This document shows, piece by piece, positions 63,760-64,000 of a DNA stretch of 64,000 bases. Every line of letters begins with the position of its first letter. Positions within the stretch are counted from its first letter, which is position 1. The notes beneath the pieces are model-generated. The model searched no databases and had not been told where the DNA came from. It saw only the letters and a list, made by a program, of their open reading frames with translations. Source of the stretch: Aulosira sp. ZfuVER01 (lineage in GTDB: Bacteria > Cyanobacteriota > Cyanobacteriia > Cyanobacteriales > Nostocaceae); contig JAVRCV020000065.1 in NCBI GenBank assembly GCA_034530615.2, forward strand, positions 1 through 64,000, given 5' to 3'. The position numbers were made by a program, and so were the translations under genes.

Positions 63760-64000
63760 ATGAGTTTTTGGGATCTCGAAATTGATGCTGAATTAGAACA
63801 ATTGAAAAAAGAGCTAAGAAAACGCCACCTTCATAATGATTGTTCTTCTGGAGAGATGGATAGTGTTCTTGAAAAACTAAATAATCTGGTAGGTATGCAG
63901 AATGTTAAAGATGAAATCAATACTCTAATAAACTTTCTGAAAATTCAGAAACTACGCCAGGAAAAAAAACTTGCTACTGTTTCGGTTACACTTCACTCCG
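63760..64000 (+). CDS. N-terminus of a CbbX/SpoVK-type AAA ATPase (runs off the window)
   Basis: Open frame MSFWDLEIDAELEQLKKEL...VLEKLNNLVGMQNVKDEI...KIQKLRQE...VTLHS, the usual lead-in to the Walker A motif in this family; the motif itself is not visible. Confidence 0.75.
   Translation, partial: MSFWDLEIDAELEQLKKELRKRHLHNDCSSGEMDSVLEKLNNLVGMQNVKDEINTLINFLKIQKLRQEKKLATVSVTLHS

Noticed and set aside
1..64000. High frequency of GCGATCGC as a novel signal
   Set aside because: This is the well-known cyanobacterial HIP1 octamer; only the interrupted copies are informative.

Overview
AT-rich DNA from a filamentous, almost certainly heterocyst-forming cyanobacterium (Nostocales). The evidence is dense HIP1 octamers (GCGATCGC), heptamer STRR repeats, small dispersed repeats, ccbP and an NsiR1-like sRNA behind a TCCGGA (DIF1) promoter. 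The backbone is housekeeping and regulatory: HCP, ccbP, folB, menD, menB, pspA/vipp1, thioredoxin, uvrC, rlmN, cobM, lgt, coaD-cdv3, tldD/E, cysS, a COG0523 GTPase, rpmF, several kinases and response regulators. Two protease-centred three-gene modules stand out. (1) At 1-3657, a TPR-CHAT protease gene is followed by a small helical protein coupled to a C-terminally anchored membrane protein (CATRA-like layout); a decayed copy of the membrane gene lies at 4571-4805. (2) At 49307-54035 on the minus strand, a Trypco1-like small protein is followed by a trypsin-AAA fusion and an AAA-TM-periplasmic solute-binding fusion, suggesting a membrane receptor wired to a protease. Other observations: tandem Rpn/DUF2887 genes with intragenic SD+ATG starts, a permease-PAS-histidine kinase, a solitary NsiR1-like sRNA, filled versus empty HIP1 insertion sites, a nested stack of tiny repeats, and an inverted repeat pair bracketing pspA-vipp1. 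No rRNA, tRNA or CRISPR array was seen. All family names come from motif recognition by eye, not database searches.
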